32,000 nucleotides of DNA from contig NJBF01000004.1 of assembly GCA_003144275.1 (NCBI GenBank), forward strand, positions 90,001 to 122,000. The letters are read 5' to 3'. A program made the position numbers and the translations under genes. Numbering within the stretch: the stretch's first letter is position 1; every line of letters starts with the position of its first letter. The notes beneath the pieces are model-generated. The model searched no databases. It was not told where the DNA came from and worked only from the letters and a program-made list of their open reading frames with translations. Below are positions 28,164-32,000 of this stretch, in pieces. The stretch is from Candidatus Heimdallarchaeota archaeon B3_Heim. Lineage in GTDB: Archaea > Asgardarchaeota > Heimdallarchaeia > Hodarchaeales > Hodarchaeaceae.

Positions 28164-29345
28164 TTAACTCTCCAAGCCCCGTGTGTTAATAGAAAGTCGA
28201 TTAGGTTTGGTAAACGAAAGTCGGATTGCAGGAAATGCAGCTGCAACAACAATGATGAAATTTGAAAGAATAAACGTAAGAATAATAATGGATAGTGAGA
28301 AATCAGGGATGATATAACTTCCTTGGAAGAATAACGTTAGGATCGAGAAAATGATAGAAGGAGTGATTAAACCAAGCATGAGTCCAATTATTAATCCCAC
28401 ATTCCCCACTATTAATGCCAAAATTCCAACTATTGTAAATAATTGGACAGAGGATAGTCCACAAGCCTTCATAATTAGGAAATCCCGTTCATAATTTGTT
28501 AAAAACCATGAGATTGAATGGAAAATCCTAATTAGTGCGATGATGAAAAGAACAACAAATAAGAGATTAAGTTGCTCAAGAATATCCGAAAACATGCTCG
28601 CGGTAAAAATATCTGCTTGTTTTTCTGGTCTAATAATTAAGTTGGGAAATTGATTATCCAATGAAGTTTGCAAATCTGTTATGGTTTCATGTGCAAAAGC
28701 ACCATTCTTCAGTAAAATTTTTATTAACTGATAACCATGAATGGCTGAAGTACTGTTAAAAACCCTAAGATAATCAGTTATATCCAGAATAACGGTATAT
28801 TGTAGCTCTTTCATATTTTGGACAATACCTGCAACGTATAGATTCATTGATACGTTTCTATCAGGATGATTAATAAAAACATCCAAAGATGGCAAAAAAT
28901 TCTGTAATTCCTTGCCAATTAAACATTCAATAGAAGTGTTACGCGATTTTGGCAAAGTACCACCAATCAATTCACCTTGAGAATAAAAATCGAAGAGAGT
29001 AGAGAGATTTGTCCCTAGGATTTTCACAGTGAAGGAAGAATTAAGGCTAATAAGTTCAATTGTTTCTTCCATTAAGGGTAATATAACATCTATATTAGTA
29101 TGGTTCAACATAGAAGGAAGAGTAGTCGGAAGAGGGGCAGAAGGGAAAGAAGGGGCAATGTACAAGCTTTGGGAATCCCCAGCCTTGGCTGTAATACCAA
29201 AGATCTGGGAAGAAAAACCCGAAACAACACCTGAAACAGCAATAATCATAGCAATAATTAAAGCGAAACCCATAATAGAACGAAAAGAGTGTTTTTGACT
29301 ACGTCCAATGATTCTAAGGATAAAATGAAAGTACAATAAAAACAC
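28164..29345 (-). CDS. FtsX/MacB-family ABC permease
   Basis: N-terminal TM, periplasmic domain (LIGKEL, VAGIV), ERDFLIMKACG and AAFPAIR FtsX motifs. Confidence 0.82.
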   Translation of the reverse strand: MFLLYFHFILRIIGRSQKHSFRSIMGFALIIAMIIAVSGVVSGFSSQIFGITAKAGDSQSLYIAPSFPSAPLPTTLPSMLNHTNIDVILPLMEETIELISLNSSFTVKILGTNLSTLFDFYSQGELIGGTLPKSRNTSIECLIGKELQNFLPSLDVFINHPDRNVSMNLYVAGIVQNMKELQYTVILDITDYLRVFNSTSAIHGYQLIKILLKNGAFAHETITDLQTSLDNQFPNLIIRPEKQADIFTASMFSDILEQLNLLFVVLFIIALIRIFHSISWFLTNYERDFLIMKACGLSSVQLFTIVGILALIVGNVGLIIGLMLGLITPSIIFSILTLFFQGSYIIPDFSLSIIILTFILSNFIIVVAAAFPAIRLSFTKPNRLSINTRGLES

Positions 29346-29559
29346 ATACTTAAACGGATTAGTTTAATATACAACAGATAGAATAATTAAAATCTTTGCT
29401 TATGTTTTGAATGATTGATAATAATATGCAGCTCAAGTACACTTAAATTCACAAAATAATTCATAATATTGAATTATAAGAAATAATTTCTGCCAAGCAA
29501 GAAATATTTAGTCCTTATCAGACAAAGTTTTTGCTCGAAGAGTCTACTAGGGAAAAGTA

Positions 29560-31908
29560 ATGATATCTATACTCGATCTCCTACCGATATTGACGATATT
29601 TTCGATAGGAGCTGTTGCGTGGAAGGGAATAACCGTAATTTTTCCCACTGATATGAGAAAAACAGAATTGTATAATATTTTTCTGATATGTGGAACAATA
29701 ATACTAGTTTTTCCATTAATGCTGATAGGAATACAGGAGGAAGGAGCAGTAAAAATTGTAACTAGTACAATTTCTATTACAATAATTAATTTTCAGGGAT
29801 GGAGTCTATTATATTTCTTTGTAGGATTGATCACAGCAATATTCTTTGGTTATAAGCTACTCAGAAAGCTACTTGCTAATCTCGAGAATTTTCAATTCCG
29901 AAAAGAAACATTTGCTAACTATCAGATAATATTGTTAACTTTTTTATTATTGGATTATCTATTTATTCAGGTAGTACTCCCTTTACGAGGATTTGATGCC
30001 TTATACTATTATTTACCAGAAACAGAAGTATTTTATCAAGCGAATCGAATTACTGAATTTAATTATCTATCATTTTTACCAGTAACTAAAAGTCCACTTA
30101 ATGTATTACTGTACGTATATTCTCTATATACCACAGGTGAATTAGCTATTCAGCTAATGCCATTTATTTTTCTGGTAGGAATAGTCTTTTTAGTTTATGA
30201 TTTTGCATTAGAATTCTTTGATAATAAATCCTTAGCTCGAACTGCAGCAATCTTTACTTTAGTTTTTCCACTTGCATATTGGCTAATGAATTACTGGGCG
30301 TTTTACCAGGATCTATACCTGTGCTATTTCTTTTCAGCTAGCTGTTATTTTAGCTGGAAATGGTATAAAAGTCCATCAAATCACGGATATGCACTATTAA
30401 TAGGCTTTGCTATAATCAATACAATATTATCGAAAATTACTGGTTGGGTTTTGTTGATTGTTTTATTGCTCTGGATACCAACTCAAACACGATATAAATA
30501 TATTAGATTAGGCACTGTAGTAATACTGGGAATGTTTTTATGTATACAAGCAGCTACTCGTATTTATATTGGTGCAATACTGCCAGTTTCTATCGCATTC
30601 ATCTTAACAGGGTTTTTAATCGTAAAGGAACATGATCCCATTAATCCAAGAAAAATAGTTAATTATAGTCCATTGATATTCGGTATAGTCCTAGGTGGGA
30701 TGTGGTTAATGGATCGGATGAGCTTATCAGCTTCGGTTTGGTACGAAATAAGTGAATTATACTTCAAGGTATCACATTCAATTATCTGGACATATCCTAC
30801 ACAACCACAAGATCCACTTCTTTTTACTCTAGAAACCGTCCATAGGGCTAATTTTATTTCTGCAGCAGGATTTTTATTTTTGAGCTCTGCATTCGTTCTA
30901 CCATGGGCATTCTTGAAAGTATCAGCATTAGTTGAGTATAAGAAAATCTCCCCACTACTCATTTGGGTTCTAGTTTTTTTTGGTATATGGACAACTTACT
31001 ACCTAACTAATTCAATTCGATACCTTGTTCCTATTATTGTACCAATTATTCTAATTATTACTTGGGGATCTCACCAATTCTATCAGAAACTAAATGTATA
31101 CATTTCAAATGAGTTCTATATATCTATTATTGCTTTCATGGGCTGTTTCAACATCTATTATTTAATTTCAAGTGACTTGTTAGTACTAAACGAACAAACA
31201 CAGGTTGAGATTGGGAAAAACTATAATCAAGCTGCTCTTAGCTATTATAACCATCCTGAGATATTAGTTGTCCAAATAATTATGTTTACATTTATTATGT
31301 TGTTAATGACAAATATAAATCGTAAAATACCTTCGATTCAAGGAATGAAGCGATTTTCAAAAATAAAACTCTACAGAGTGACTTTTATCATCGTGATAAT
31401 TATTCCAATTGCTGTTCAATCTTATCTACTAATATATACCCAAGGGGACTTTGAACAATTTCATGCTATCCATGAATATGAGTATAGGCCTGAATATCAA
31501 GAAGTAGTAACAGTAATTCAGCAACAAAACCAACCCCTTTCAGGAATTATGACCGTTAGAATGCCTGGGTTGCAGTTGTTCACAAAACAACCAGTAATCG
31601 ATATTTATTATCAGAATACTTTCTTTGTGGGGGATCCCTTTTTCACGAATACCAATTTAACAGAATTAATTAATATCCTACACGACCCTCTGAGTTATAC
31701 TATCCAAATTGGAGAAACAACTACTTATCAATTTTCTATTAGATATATCATTGTACCATCCACTAAGAATATATATTATAATATTTATATAACCCAAATT
31801 AAAGCAAATTCGGTACTTTTCAAAAGCTTGGAACAAAATGACCAATCCTTTAATCTTTTGTTTTTGAATTCTGATTATAAAATTTTTGAATTGATTTTTT
31901 TGGAGTAG
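29560..31908 (+). CDS. Large polytopic GT-C-fold (PMT/ArnT-like) glycosyltransferase
   Basis: Many TM helices; first-loop GFDALYYY acidic motif, YQDLY, SKITG and RYLVPI motifs; soluble C-terminal domain. Confidence 0.65.
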   Translation: MISILDLLPILTIFSIGAVAWKGITVIFPTDMRKTELYNIFLICGTIILVFPLMLIGIQEEGAVKIVTSTISITIINFQGWSLLYFFVGLITAIFFGYKLLRKLLANLENFQFRKETFANYQIILLTFLLLDYLFIQVVLPLRGFDALYYYLPETEVFYQANRITEFNYLSFLPVTKSPLNVLLYVYSLYTTGELAIQLMPFIFLVGIVFLVYDFALEFFDNKSLARTAAIFTLVFPLAYWLMNYWAFYQDLYLCYFFSASCYFSWKWYKSPSNHGYALLIGFAIINTILSKITGWVLLIVLLLWIPTQTRYKYIRLGTVVILGMFLCIQAATRIYIGAILPVSIAFILTGFLIVKEHDPINPRKIVNYSPLIFGIVLGGMWLMDRMSLSASVWYEISELYFKVSHSIIWTYPTQPQDPLLFTLETVHRANFISAAGFLFLSSAFVLPWAFLKVSALVEYKKISPLLIWVLVFFGIWTTYYLTNSIRYLVPIIVPIILIITWGSHQFYQKLNVYISNEFYISIIAFMGCFNIYYLISSDLLVLNEQTQVEIGKNYNQAALSYYNHPEILVVQIIMFTFIMLLMTNINRKIPSIQGMKRFSKIKLYRVTFIIVIIIPIAVQSYLLIYTQGDFEQFHAIHEYEYRPEYQEVVTVIQQQNQPLSGIMTVRMPGLQLFTKQPVIDIYYQNTFFVGDPFFTNTNLTELINILHDPLSYTIQIGETTTYQFSIRYIIVPSTKNIYYNIYITQIKANSVLFKSLEQNDQSFNLLFLNSDYKIFELIFLE

Positions 31909-32000
31909 AAAGACATTATTTTTTTTTAAGATATTTGAGTCAGTTTTAATGCATATCTCAAAAATAAAGAAAATAAATTTCAGATACTAGTCTTTTCATA

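Noticed and set aside
28160-28252. Listed N-terminal 31 codons of the 1016-aa ORF
   Set aside because: Overlaps the upstream permease on the same strand; GTG at 28159 has a GGAG SD just after the upstream stop region.
459-30962. Numerous short antisense or alternate-frame ORFs (e.g. 459-683, 4358-4576, 8397-8615, 10408-10654, 14459-14965, 15056-15448, 22067-22342, 27152-27403, 27966-28265, 29029-29298, 30663-30962)
   Set aside because: All are nested in well-supported genes and lack family motifs; typical shadow ORFs.
1-32000. CRISPR array, rRNA, transposase or integrase
   Set aside because: No regularly spaced repeats, rRNA-like segments, or DDE/tyrosine-recombinase motifs were seen.

Overview
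AT-rich archaeal chromosomal window. An Asgard/Heimdallarchaeia-like origin is my inference from gene style (archaeal ABCE1, tRNA-Tyr with C1:G72 and BHB-type introns, PGF-like C-terminal anchor, DUF4443, HTH-CBS regulator) mixed with bacterial-type metabolic genes; it is not proven. Left part: 3' end of an M50 protease, a divergent ABCE1/Rli1, two tandem YdjM-like membrane hydrolase paralogs, a surface-anchored HExxH metalloprotease, a tandem-domain orphan N4/N6 DNA methyltransferase, a B-box membrane protein, an Eis-like acetyltransferase and a B12-binding radical SAM enzyme. Centre: a tRNA-Tyr(GTA) gene with two introns, missed by the ORF track (11077-11233, minus). Next to it is a free-standing two-motif LAGLIDADG endonuclease, and then a decayed 59-nt direct copy of the tRNA 5' half (12444-12502, 49/59 identical by hand alignment). 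This tRNA-bracketed, integrase-less endonuclease cassette is the strongest candidate for a novel system. Right part: a BtuFCD-like importer, a methionine/SAM cluster (split MetE, MetF, bacterial-type MetK) with a divergent HTH-CBS regulator, TrmO, DUF4443, a UroD-like protein, two FtsX/MacB permeases without an adjacent ATPase (one carrying about 7 beta-sandwich repeats), and a large GT-C-like glycosyltransferase. All family calls come from motifs read by eye; no database searches were run.
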